Assembly: GCA_045564035.1 (NCBI GenBank)
Contig: JBJLIA010000033.1
Span: 10,682 to 74,681 of the forward strand
Length of the DNA stretch: 64,000 nt
Origin: Gammaproteobacteria bacterium
Lineage (GTDB): Bacteria > Pseudomonadota > Gammaproteobacteria > Magnimaribacterales > D2472
Reading direction: 5' to 3'
Of the stretch, positions 29,221-37,796 are shown in pieces. Made by a program: the position numbers and the translations under genes. The notes under the pieces were generated by a model. That model ran no database searches. It worked only from the letters and a program-made list of their open reading frames with translations, and was not told the origin of the DNA. Numbering within the stretch: position 1 is the first letter of the stretch; every line of letters starts with the position of its first letter.

Positions 29221-29892
29221 ATGAGCAATCTAATTGAGCTTATCAACGCCGAACTACCTCAATTTCAGTGTGGTCGTTGCGAGACGCCTGGATGTAGACC
29301 ATATGCAGAAGAGATTGCAAAAGGCTCTCCTCACAACAGATGTGTTCCAGGTGGTCAAGAAACCTCAGATAAAATTTCTAAACTATTAGATACAGATACC
29401 TTATTGTTAGACGAAGAATATGGCCCAGAACTGAAATCTCAAGTAGCAAATATTATTGAACAAGACTGTATTGGATGTACTAAATGCATTGATGCGTGTC
29501 CTGTTGGTGCAATAACTGGTGCAGCTAATCTCATGCATAACGTGATTAATGATTTGTGCACTGGTTGCGAGTTATGCATTGATCCATGTCCCGTCGATTG
29601 CATAGAATTGATAGATATAGATGAAGATCAATCAATATCAGCTAGGCAGATTTCTGAATATTTCTTTGATCTTAAGGTTGAATTACATCAACGTAAAAAT
29701 AAAAAAACAAAGATGAATAAGAGTGTTTCAGAGAACTTAGTGATTGCAAAATCAATAAATCAAAAATTATTCAATAGAAACATCAACAAAAAAGAGTCAA
29801 TTAGAAATTTGCAAATAGAAATGCTTGATGCTCAAAAGAATGAAAAATCTATCTCCGCTTCAGACATAGAGACGTTAAAAAAACAATTATAG
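29221..29892 (+). CDS. RnfB-like soluble iron-sulfur ferredoxin (no membrane anchor) with Lys-rich C-terminal tail
   Basis: N-terminal LPQFQCGRCETPGCRPYAEEIA..NRCVPGG cluster domain plus two 4Fe-4S motifs: CIGCTKCIDACP and CTGCELCIDPCP. Confidence 0.75.
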   Translation: MSNLIELINAELPQFQCGRCETPGCRPYAEEIAKGSPHNRCVPGGQETSDKISKLLDTDTLLLDEEYGPELKSQVANIIEQDCIGCTKCIDACPVGAITGAANLMHNVINDLCTGCELCIDPCPVDCIELIDIDEDQSISARQISEYFFDLKVELHQRKNKKTKMNKSVSENLVIAKSINQKLFNRNINKKESIRNLQIEMLDAQKNEKSISASDIETLKKQL

Positions 29893-29912
29893 TTGACCAT
29901 TAAAGGGCTAAA

Positions 29913-30506
29913 ATGTTGAAGGAAAGGTTTAGAAAATTTTTACCGGTCGTTGTTGATCTTGAGACAGGTGGTTTTAATTCAACAAGCAATGCTATTTTAG
30001 AAATCGCTATTCAGCTTATAGATGAAGAAGATTCAAAGCTAGTTTTGGGTGCGTCACATAGATTTCATATAAAACCTTTTGAGGGACTTATTGTTGATAA
30101 AGATGCCCTAGAATTCCTTAAATTAGATTTAAATCATCCATTAAGACTAGCCGTTGAAGAAAAATTTGCACTCAATGAAATATTTACAATTATCAATAAG
30201 CAAAGAAATAAATATGAGTGCTCGAGAGCAATTCTGGTGGGTCATAATGCATTTTTTGATCACAGCTTTCTTCTTGAAGCATGCACAAGAAATAAAATCA
30301 AAAAATCTCCATTTCATCCATTCTCATTAATTGATACTGTTAGTTTAGGAGTTCTAGCAACCAAGCAAACAGTATTAGCAAGGGTATGTAAAGAATTAGA
30401 TATTTCTTATGATAACGAAGAGGCTCATAGCGCAGCATACGATGCAATGGTAACTGCTCAAGTATTTTGCAAAATTATTAATGATTTTGATTTAATTAAA
30501 AATTAG
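29913..30506 (+). CDS. rnt: Ribonuclease T
   Basis: RFRKFLPVVVDLETGGFN DEDD exonuclease motif I, VGHNAFFDHSFL, and AHSAAYDA motif III. Confidence 0.9.
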   Translation: MLKERFRKFLPVVVDLETGGFNSTSNAILEIAIQLIDEEDSKLVLGASHRFHIKPFEGLIVDKDALEFLKLDLNHPLRLAVEEKFALNEIFTIINKQRNKYECSRAILVGHNAFFDHSFLLEACTRNKIKKSPFHPFSLIDTVSLGVLATKQTVLARVCKELDISYDNEEAHSAAYDAMVTAQVFCKIINDFDLIKN

Positions 30507-30511
30507 GATTT

Positions 30512-31237
30512 TTAAATACTAACTGAATCACCAACATCCCTACAAATAAAAGGCATTAGATCAATTTGTGTGTAATATTCTTTAATACCTAATAAGTAGC
30601 TTATTAATCCTTTAGTTCGTTTAGGGGCAATGCCCGTTGGTATGAAATATCTAGCATTCAATCTTGATTGTGTTAATTGAGCTTGCTTAAGATTCATTGA
30701 GACTTGAACCAATCCAAATACTCTAACCTGATCAACGGTAATAATGCATGCATCAACATCTTTAATATCTAATTTAGTATTAAACATATGGGGCTCGTGA
30801 AAAACTTTTGCCCTTCCATCAGTCAATGAATATGAGAATGTAGTTGTATTGTAGGGCTTGCCTGCTTCGTAAACATTTAACACGAAAGAATTTAGCTCAT
30901 AAGATTTATTCTGATTAACAGCATATACATTTTTAAATCCAAGTTTTAATAATGCTTTAGATGCCTCGTGAGTTGTATATATTGGAATGCTTTTTGAAAA
31001 CATATTCAATGATTCAGCATCAAGATGATCCGAAAAATGAGCGGTAATAATTATATGACTTACTTTGTCTATTAAATTATTTGATAATAAATAAGCTTTC
31101 TTAGTGGACTCTCGATTTAGCAACCAGCTAAATTTTGGAAACACTTGTTTTTTTGTTAACCATGGATCTACAACTACCAAATCACTTTCATTTGAGTATA
31201 CCCAAGATTGATAATCATCTCCTCTAATAATTTGCAT
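30512..31237 (-). CDS. Metallo-beta-lactamase-fold-like protein with degenerate metal motif, function unknown
   Basis: IIITAHFSDHLD stands in for the HxHxDH motif. Overall length and pattern resemble MBL-fold hydrolases. Weak assignment. Confidence 0.4.
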   Translation of the reverse strand: MQIIRGDDYQSWVYSNESDLVVVDPWLTKKQVFPKFSWLLNRESTKKAYLLSNNLIDKVSHIIITAHFSDHLDAESLNMFSKSIPIYTTHEASKALLKLGFKNVYAVNQNKSYELNSFVLNVYEAGKPYNTTTFSYSLTDGRAKVFHEPHMFNTKLDIKDVDACIITVDQVRVFGLVQVSMNLKQAQLTQSRLNARYFIPTGIAPKRTKGLISYLLGIKEYYTQIDLMPFICRDVGDSVSI

Positions 31238-31274
31238 GTATATATAATTTCATAAATGAGAATAAATACCATAG

Positions 31275-31293
31275 TGATAATGATTATCATTAA
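31275..31293. promoter_or_regulatory. Fur box (ferric uptake regulator operator)
   Basis: TGATAAT-G-ATTATCA is a perfect 7-1-7 inverted repeat at 31275..31289. GATAATGATTATCATTAAA compared with my recalled consensus GATAATGATAATCATTATC. Lies in the divergent intergenic region. Confidence 0.7.
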
Positions 31294-31374
31294 AAAAATG
31301 CCTTAAATCAGTACTTTACATATTATATAAAACAGAATATAGTAAAATCGTTTTCTTAATAAAATGGAGTAATT

Positions 31375-31815
31375 ATGGAAATGAAAGAGATAAATTCAAA
31401 CGAGGTATGTGACATATTAAATGAGATAATGGAATATGAACTTGCAGGCGTTGTAAGGTACACACATTCTTCATTAATGGTTACGGGGCCATATAGAATT
31501 CCCATTGTCACATTTTTAAAAGAGCAAGCTGCCGAGTCAATGTTGCATGCCCAGCAAGCTGGAGAATTACTCGTTGGTTTAGATGGACATCCAAGCCTAA
31601 AAGTTGCGAAGATAGAAGAAACACATAGGCATTCAATTAAAGATATTTTAGAGGAAGGCCTCGAGCATGAACTTCACGCGCTAAGTCTGTACAAAAAATT
31701 ATTAGTCAGTGTTGTGGATGCGTCTGTTTACTTAGAAGAGTATGCTAGAAGTATGATCGGCGAAGAAGAGCAGCACTCTCTTGAATTGAAAGCTATGTTA
31801 AAAGACTTTGGGTAA
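31375..31815 (+). CDS. Ferritin-like di-iron protein (Dps / bacterioferritin-related)
   Basis: 146 aa four-helix-bundle pattern. ELAGVVRYTHSSLMVTGP resembles Dps helix A. Also E..H ligand motifs (LEHELHAL, EEEQHSLE). The subfamily is uncertain. Confidence 0.6.
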   Translation: MEMKEINSNEVCDILNEIMEYELAGVVRYTHSSLMVTGPYRIPIVTFLKEQAAESMLHAQQAGELLVGLDGHPSLKVAKIEETHRHSIKDILEEGLEHELHALSLYKKLLVSVVDASVYLEEYARSMIGEEEQHSLELKAMLKDFG

Positions 31816-31818
31816 CTT

Positions 31819-32133
31819 TTAGGTCGTAGCTTCTTTAATAACATCTTGCAGTTCTCCAGCTTCGTGCATCTCAGAAACTATGTCACAACCACCTATTAAT
31901 TCCCCGCTAACAAAAACTTGAGGAAAAGTTGGCCAGTCTGAAATACTAGGCAAGCTCTCTCTAACATCTTGATTCTCTAGAATATCAACATAAGAAAATT
32001 CAGCACCACAATCAATTAGTGCCTGAACTGTTCGTGCTGAAAATCCACATTTTGGCTCATAAGGAGATCCCTTCATGTAGATTAATATATTATTTTCTTT
32101 AATTTGTTGTTTAATTTTTTCTTCGATAGACAT
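31819..32133 (-). CDS. grxD: Monothiol glutaredoxin Grx4
   Basis: CGFS active site (PKCGFSARTVQAL) and WPTFPQVFVSGELIGGCD. Confidence 0.95.
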   Translation of the reverse strand: MSIEEKIKQQIKENNILIYMKGSPYEPKCGFSARTVQALIDCGAEFSYVDILENQDVRESLPSISDWPTFPQVFVSGELIGGCDIVSEMHEAGELQDVIKEATT

Positions 32134-32888
32134 TAATTTTTCCTTACAGCTGAAATGTATTTCATTATGGTATCCTCGAAACCAAATTTCAATGCATCTG
32201 TGATGATTGCATGCCCAATCGAGACCTCATCCACACTTCCACATTCGATTAAGTGCGGGAGATTATCTAAATTTAGATCATGACCAACATTAATTCCAAG
32301 ATTGGATTGATTTCCCTTCTGTATGCATTCAGAAATTTGATTTTTGCATAATTGAAAATTTACAAGGTCGCTATCTTCTAAGAAATGCGCAAACGGGCCT
32401 GTATAAATTTCAATTCTATCAAAGCCCATTTTTGCAGCATATTCAACAGACCTAGTAGTCGCATCAATAAATAAGCTTGTTCTTGTTTTTAAATATTGAA
32501 ATAAACCAATAAAGTCTTTTAATTCATCATTCAGATGGCCAGGTTGCCAACCATGATCAGAGGTAATTTGTTGAAGATCATCTGGAACTAAGGTTACTTG
32601 ATCAGGACTGGTAAGAGTGCATAATTCTTTGAAGCCAACAAATTCACCATTAGCCATTGCGAATGGATTGCCCTCTAAATTAAATTCAATATTATTAGCT
32701 TTACAAATTTTAGAGAGATTAATAGCATCCTCAGAGGTCGCATGACGATGATCTGGCCTTGGATGGAGAGTCAGCCCATCAACTCCTAAATCAATACATT
32801 GTTTTGCATAGTCAAGAAGAGAGGGGGTATTACCACCTCTAGAATTCCTAATTAAGGCAATTTTATTTAAATTGATACTAAGTTTCAT
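32133..32888 (-). CDS. pdxJ: Pyridoxine 5'-phosphate synthase
   Basis: LSINLNKIALIRNSRGG, GLTLHPRPDHRH, EGNP and VSIGHAIITDA motifs. Confidence 0.95.
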   Translation of the reverse strand: MKLSINLNKIALIRNSRGGNTPSLLDYAKQCIDLGVDGLTLHPRPDHRHATSEDAINLSKICKANNIEFNLEGNPFAMANGEFVGFKELCTLTSPDQVTLVPDDLQQITSDHGWQPGHLNDELKDFIGLFQYLKTRTSLFIDATTRSVEYAAKMGFDRIEIYTGPFAHFLEDSDLVNFQLCKNQISECIQKGNQSNLGINVGHDLNLDNLPHLIECGSVDEVSIGHAIITDALKFGFEDTIMKYISAVRKN

Positions 32889-32902
32889 AAAAGAATAAAG
32901 GA

Positions 32903-33331
32903 TTAACCTCTATCTTTAAAATCATCTACATTGATGTCAATAGAATTAACATCTTTTGGCTGTGTAATAGTAGAGTCGTCCCAGAAAGCTCTGCCGCTGA
33001 TAATCTTGCCTCTCTCATTAATAATGAAGTGATCAACGATTGAAATATCCATTCCAGAATTATCTGCAATATTTCTAACTTGCATAACAGCTTTTAATAT
33101 TCCTTCATTAGCACAAATTATAGTCTCTACATTTGTAGGTATGATTTCCATGCCATTGCTATGTCCAAAATCCCAAAAAGCACATATTGCTTCTATGCCA
33201 TTACAAGGGTCTGCGCCAACAGGATCTTCAAATACAGCGTGATCATCCCAAAGACTTTGAAATAATTCTTTGTCATTATTTTTATATGCTAGGACATAAT
33301 TATCTAGCGCTGATTGAACTATTTCTTTCAT
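32903..33331 (-). CDS. NTF2-superfamily protein, ketosteroid-isomerase-like
   Basis: 142 aa with an LWDDHAVFEDPVG pattern typical of SnoaL/KSI-like proteins. Confidence 0.6.
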   Translation of the reverse strand: MKEIVQSALDNYVLAYKNNDKELFQSLWDDHAVFEDPVGADPCNGIEAICAFWDFGHSNGMEIIPTNVETIICANEGILKAVMQVRNIADNSGMDISIVDHFIINERGKIISGRAFWDDSTITQPKDVNSIDINVDDFKDRG

Positions 33332-33339
33332 ATTTATTC

Positions 33340-33825
33340 CTATTTTTGAATGCCCTTCTCTTTAAGGAGAATCTTAGTGAATTTTTCTTCAGGATTAATT
33401 GGGGAAACTTGCTCCCATATCCGATCGTATTCAGAATGTTGAATTAACCAGTGATCATTAATTTTTATATACTTATCTTCATATAGAGCGGTGCCTTGGG
33501 TGACACTTCCTAAATCAAAATTATAGAAAATATCCTGTAGATACCATTTACCGACAGCTTTAATTTCTGAAAGAATTTCAATCTCTGGATGATGCGCAGT
33601 ATGCATGGCAGCTGTTTGATTATGAAATGCATGTTTTAAACTTTCTTTGATAGTATCTCTCCCTTCAGATTCCCACCTGTAGGTACCACCTCGATAATCA
33701 ATTGTTATATCCAATGAAAAAACGTTGTCTAGCAAATCAAAATCAGCCATATCAATTGCCCTAAAATACCTGTGCTTTAGATTTTTGATCTCTTCGATAT
33801 CAATTAATTTTTGTAAGTTATCCAT
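33340..33825 (-). CDS. NTF2-superfamily protein, SnoaL_4-like
   Basis: IEEIKNLKHRYFRAIDMADFDLLDNVF is a typical SnoaL_4 N-terminus. 161 aa. Confidence 0.6.
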   Translation of the reverse strand: MDNLQKLIDIEEIKNLKHRYFRAIDMADFDLLDNVFSLDITIDYRGGTYRWESEGRDTIKESLKHAFHNQTAAMHTAHHPEIEILSEIKAVGKWYLQDIFYNFDLGSVTQGTALYEDKYIKINDHWLIQHSEYDRIWEQVSPINPEEKFTKILLKEKGIQK

Positions 33826-33832
33826 GCTAGCG

Positions 33833-34585
33833 TTATCTCAGATATGCTTGGCCTCCATCAAGCATGATGGTAGATCCTGTAATGTAATTCATGCCATCAG
33901 ACAAAATATGACAAACTGCCTCTCCAATATCATCTTTGCAGTCACCTACTCTTCCCAATGGTATAGTTTTGAGGAACTCATTAGCCTCAACAGGATGCTC
34001 ATTCATCCACCAATTCATCCCAGCCGACTTAGCAAGCGGCATTATACAATTTACTAAAATATTATCATGGCCCCATTCAACTGCAGCGGCTCTAGATAAC
34101 GAACGAATTGACTCTTTTACTGCTGCGTAGGCTCCATACGTATTTGAATCAGGTCTTAATGCGGAAGAGCTAGCGAGATTAATTATTTTGCCACCACCTA
34201 TTAAATGCGGATGACAAGCTTTCATAAATCGAAATGTTGCAAGGGGCCCTGAATCCCAGCCGTTCACAAAGGACTCGTCTGTAACATCAAGAATATTTCC
34301 TAAGGGTACTTCCTGTGCATTATTAATTAGAATATTCAATGAATTAAACCTTGAAAGTGTTCCTTGAACAGAGCTATGAATTGATTCAATATTTTTAACA
34401 TCACACTCAATTGCTATAGCTGATCCACCGTCTTTATTTATATCATTAGCAACAGCTTCTACTTTAGAAAAAGTTCTGCCGACCAAGCAAACATTTGCTC
34501 CATATGATGCAAGCGCTCTAGCAATTCCCTCACCAACACCCTGTCCAGAACCTGTGATTAAAGCTGTTCTATTTGAAAAGTCCAT
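33833..34585 (-). CDS. Short-chain dehydrogenase/reductase (SDR)
   Basis: TGSGQGVGEGIA, NNAQ and YAAVKES catalytic motifs. Confidence 0.85.
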   Translation of the reverse strand: MDFSNRTALITGSGQGVGEGIARALASYGANVCLVGRTFSKVEAVANDINKDGGSAIAIECDVKNIESIHSSVQGTLSRFNSLNILINNAQEVPLGNILDVTDESFVNGWDSGPLATFRFMKACHPHLIGGGKIINLASSSALRPDSNTYGAYAAVKESIRSLSRAAAVEWGHDNILVNCIMPLAKSAGMNWWMNEHPVEANEFLKTIPLGRVGDCKDDIGEAVCHILSDGMNYITGSTIMLDGGQAYLR

Positions 34586-34588
34586 TTT

Positions 34589-36298
34589 TTAAAAATTTGA
34601 TCTGGTAATATCTTTAGCAGCCAAGTAACCAAAAGTCATAGCTGGCCCAAGTGTTGAGCCTGGTCCAGGATAAGTTGGCAGTAGGGCTGTAGAACAGTTA
34701 CCGCATGCATAAAGTCCAGGTATAGCTTTGCCTTCTTTGGTTAAAACTCTAGCATTTGTATCTATTACTAGGCCTCCTGCTGTGCCCATTTCACCTGGAT
34801 AAAGAACCATGCAATAAAAGGGTCCTTGTTCAAGTGGAGCGAGGCACGGATTTGGAGTCACAGATGGATCACCATAATATCTGTCATAAACGCTATCTCC
34901 GCGATGAAGGTCAAGGTCTTTTCCTGATGCAGCATATTCGTTAACTTTTGCCTGAGTGGCCAAAAGACCATCAATATTAATACCTACAACTTCAGCCAGC
35001 TCTTCTAATGTTTCTCCCTTTGATAAAAAGGATGGAGTCCACCACTCTTTGGGAACTGCTGAGTCGGGTTGCATAGAGGCCTGCAGAAGAGGTCCGCATG
35101 GTCGATTTTTTCTAAATGTACTATCAAAAATCATATAACATGGTGCACAAGGATTGCCTTCAGCATATTTATCAAACATATCATTTACAAAGCTGACATA
35201 ATTTTGTGATTCATTTGAAAACCTTTCGCCATTTTTATTAACAGTGAAATTTCCAGGCATTGACTTATCTACCATTGATAACCAGCCTTTATCCTGACCT
35301 GGTACTTTCATAACTGTAGACCACCAACCTGTGTCCATTTGGTGTGTGTCAGCTCCCAATCTTAAAGCCGCCTTTAAGGCATCACCTGTGTTATGAGTAT
35401 TGGCAGCGCTCCATTCTATATTTGTTGGTTTCGGTAAATATTGATCTCTTAAGTTTTGATCTTTTTCAAATCCACCGGATGCAAGAATTACACCTTTATT
35501 AGCTTTAATATTTATTTCAATATTTTTTTGAGTAGCTTTAATACCTATAACTGAGCCATTGTCATCTATAAGATCGGTCATGGAAGTCTCTGACCACAAA
35601 TCTACATTCCTATCTTTCAAGGATAAAATCAACCTTGCCACGCCAGCATTCCCCATGGTCAGCCTTCTATCTTTCCATCCCCACTTAAGTCTCATCGGTA
35701 TGTCTAATATATATTTAGTAAATAATTTGGCGAACTGAGTTTTCCATCCTGGAAGTGCTCCTAGCAGTAACTGACCTTCTACCTGAGTAAAATTCATATT
35801 AATAGGTCCCATTGTAAAAGCTGTTTGGGGATGTTGCTCTCTTAATCTCCCGAGATCATCTCCAAGAATAGTTCCATTGATTGGTTCTGGTTCCATAGAT
35901 CTATTGCCTGCCTTTCCTCCAGGATTATCAGGGAAATAATCAGGATAATGAGCTAAATTTCTATATTTAACTTGTGAATTTTCATGCAGATAGTCCACCA
36001 TTTTTGGACCTTCTGAAAGATAGGTTTCTATGAGCTCATCCTTGATCTTTCCTGGGGGCGAGACGCTGTTGATATAGTTTCTTGCATCTTGATCTGAATC
36101 ATCTACATTTTTAGCTTTGGCATACCTATTATTAGGAATCCATACACCCCCACCAGAGGTTGCTGATGTACCTCCAAATTGAGTACTTTTTTCTATAACC
36201 AAAGTTTTTGCGCCACCATCATGACTGCAAAGAGCTGATGTTAAGGCACCATTACCAGAACCAATAACAACTACGTCAAATTCATAATCCCATTTCAT
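34589..36298 (-). CDS. FAD-dependent dehydrogenase, 3-ketosteroid-delta-1-dehydrogenase / fumarate-reductase-flavoprotein-like
   Basis: FDVVVIGSGNGALTSA dinucleotide motif, ASGGFE, and C-terminal GLYACGNC..GPG typical of the KstD-like family. 569 aa. Confidence 0.75.
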   Translation of the reverse strand: MKWDYEFDVVVIGSGNGALTSALCSHDGGAKTLVIEKSTQFGGTSATSGGGVWIPNNRYAKAKNVDDSDQDARNYINSVSPPGKIKDELIETYLSEGPKMVDYLHENSQVKYRNLAHYPDYFPDNPGGKAGNRSMEPEPINGTILGDDLGRLREQHPQTAFTMGPINMNFTQVEGQLLLGALPGWKTQFAKLFTKYILDIPMRLKWGWKDRRLTMGNAGVARLILSLKDRNVDLWSETSMTDLIDDNGSVIGIKATQKNIEINIKANKGVILASGGFEKDQNLRDQYLPKPTNIEWSAANTHNTGDALKAALRLGADTHQMDTGWWSTVMKVPGQDKGWLSMVDKSMPGNFTVNKNGERFSNESQNYVSFVNDMFDKYAEGNPCAPCYMIFDSTFRKNRPCGPLLQASMQPDSAVPKEWWTPSFLSKGETLEELAEVVGINIDGLLATQAKVNEYAASGKDLDLHRGDSVYDRYYGDPSVTPNPCLAPLEQGPFYCMVLYPGEMGTAGGLVIDTNARVLTKEGKAIPGLYACGNCSTALLPTYPGPGSTLGPAMTFGYLAAKDITRSNF

Positions 36299-36470
36299 AA
36301 TATTTATTAATTTTTTGTTAAATTGTAACTAATTCACTATAACTCAAAGGGTATTTTTTTAAAAAATTTTCATTGATTTTTTTTATTATTAATAAAAATA
36401 TTAGTAATTGATATCCCAATTTATTTTCATTAATGTCTATAATCTAATTTTATATAAATTAGGCGATTAA

Positions 36471-37601
36471 ATGAAAACTGATATTTGTCAAAAACTTGGT
36501 ATTGAGTATCCTATTTTTGCTTTTACTCATTGCAGAGATGTTGTTGTTGCGGTTAGTAAAGCTGGAGGAATTGGCGTTCTTGGAGCTGTAGGTTACTCTC
36601 CAGAACAACTTAAAGAAGAGCTTGATTGGATCGACGAACATATTGGAGATTATCCATATGGTGTAGATACAGTTATTCCTCAGAAATATGAAGGAATGGA
36701 TGAAAAAGATCCTGAGCAGTTGCTAGAATCACTGCAAAAAATGATACCCGATGGACACAAAGAATTTGTTGAAGGTCTATTAAGTGATAATGGCGTGCCA
36801 GAAGCTCCAGAGACTAATGGTCCCAAAGGTGGTTTGCTTGGATGGACAGAGGCAACAGCAGAGCCCCAAATTGATGAGGCCTTAAAGCACCCAAATGTGA
36901 AATTAATTGCTAATGCCTTAGGCACTCCTCCTGCTGATATGATCAAGAAAATCCAAGACAAAGGTGTGCTGATAGGTGCATTGTGTGGAAAGATCAAACA
37001 AGCAATGGCGCACAAAGACGCTGGATTGGATTTCATCATTGCCCAAGGTGGTGAAGGGGGAGGTCATACCGGTGAGATAGGAAGTATTGTGTTATGGCCT
37101 CAAATTGTAGATGCCGTTGATGGCTTGCCTGTTCTTGCTGCAGGTGGAGTTGGGAATGGAAGGCAAATGGCTGCAGCGATGTCTAGTGGCGCTCAAGGTG
37201 TGTGGTGTGGTTCATTGTGGCTGGCTGTTGAAGAAGCTGCGGCGCAACCAGCTGAAAAAGATTCTTATTTAAATGCAACTAGCGAAGATACAATTAGAAG
37301 CAAGGCGTGGACAGGTAAACCTGCACGAATGTTAAAAAACAAATGGACAGAAGCATGGGAAAATCCTGATAATCCAGATCCTCTTCCTATGCCGCTTCAG
37401 GGCATGATTACCTTTGACGCTATGAGAAGAACGTCGATATATGCAGGATCAGGAAATACACAAGATGTTTCATTTAATGCTGCTGGTCAGGTCATTGGTC
37501 AAGTCAAGCAGATTGAATCAGTAAAAGATGTGATCTATAGAATAATTAATGAATATCTTGATTCGGTTGAAAGACTGAACTCCTTACTTCCAGAAGAATA
37601 G
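36471..37601 (+). CDS. Nitronate monooxygenase-family FMN oxidoreductase
   Basis: IFAFTHCRD, AQGGEGGGHTG and AAGGVGNGRQMAAA motifs of the NMO/2-nitropropane dioxygenase family. Confidence 0.8.
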   Translation: MKTDICQKLGIEYPIFAFTHCRDVVVAVSKAGGIGVLGAVGYSPEQLKEELDWIDEHIGDYPYGVDTVIPQKYEGMDEKDPEQLLESLQKMIPDGHKEFVEGLLSDNGVPEAPETNGPKGGLLGWTEATAEPQIDEALKHPNVKLIANALGTPPADMIKKIQDKGVLIGALCGKIKQAMAHKDAGLDFIIAQGGEGGGHTGEIGSIVLWPQIVDAVDGLPVLAAGGVGNGRQMAAAMSSGAQGVWCGSLWLAVEEAAAQPAEKDSYLNATSEDTIRSKAWTGKPARMLKNKWTEAWENPDNPDPLPMPLQGMITFDAMRRTSIYAGSGNTQDVSFNAAGQVIGQVKQIESVKDVIYRIINEYLDSVERLNSLLPEE

Positions 37602-37610
37602 CTCTTCCCA

Positions 37611-37793
37611 ATGTTAGAAGGTCTATTTTATGAGTTAGAAGATTTTCTATGGGGCCTTGGAATCATTTCATTTGCAATAGTTGGATTATTAATACTACCT
37701 AAGCATTTTTCCAATAGACTAGGACAGCACCCTTTGCTATTGGCAATTATGTTTTTTTCAATTCTATTTGTAGTGATACAAATTTTTCAATAA
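37611..37793 (+). CDS. Small two-TM membrane protein, hypothetical
   Basis: 60-aa ORF 9 nt after the NMO gene with two hydrophobic segments. No homology recognised. Confidence 0.3.
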   Translation: MLEGLFYELEDFLWGLGIISFAIVGLLILPKHFSNRLGQHPLLLAIMFFSILFVVIQIFQ

Positions 37794-37796
37794 AAA

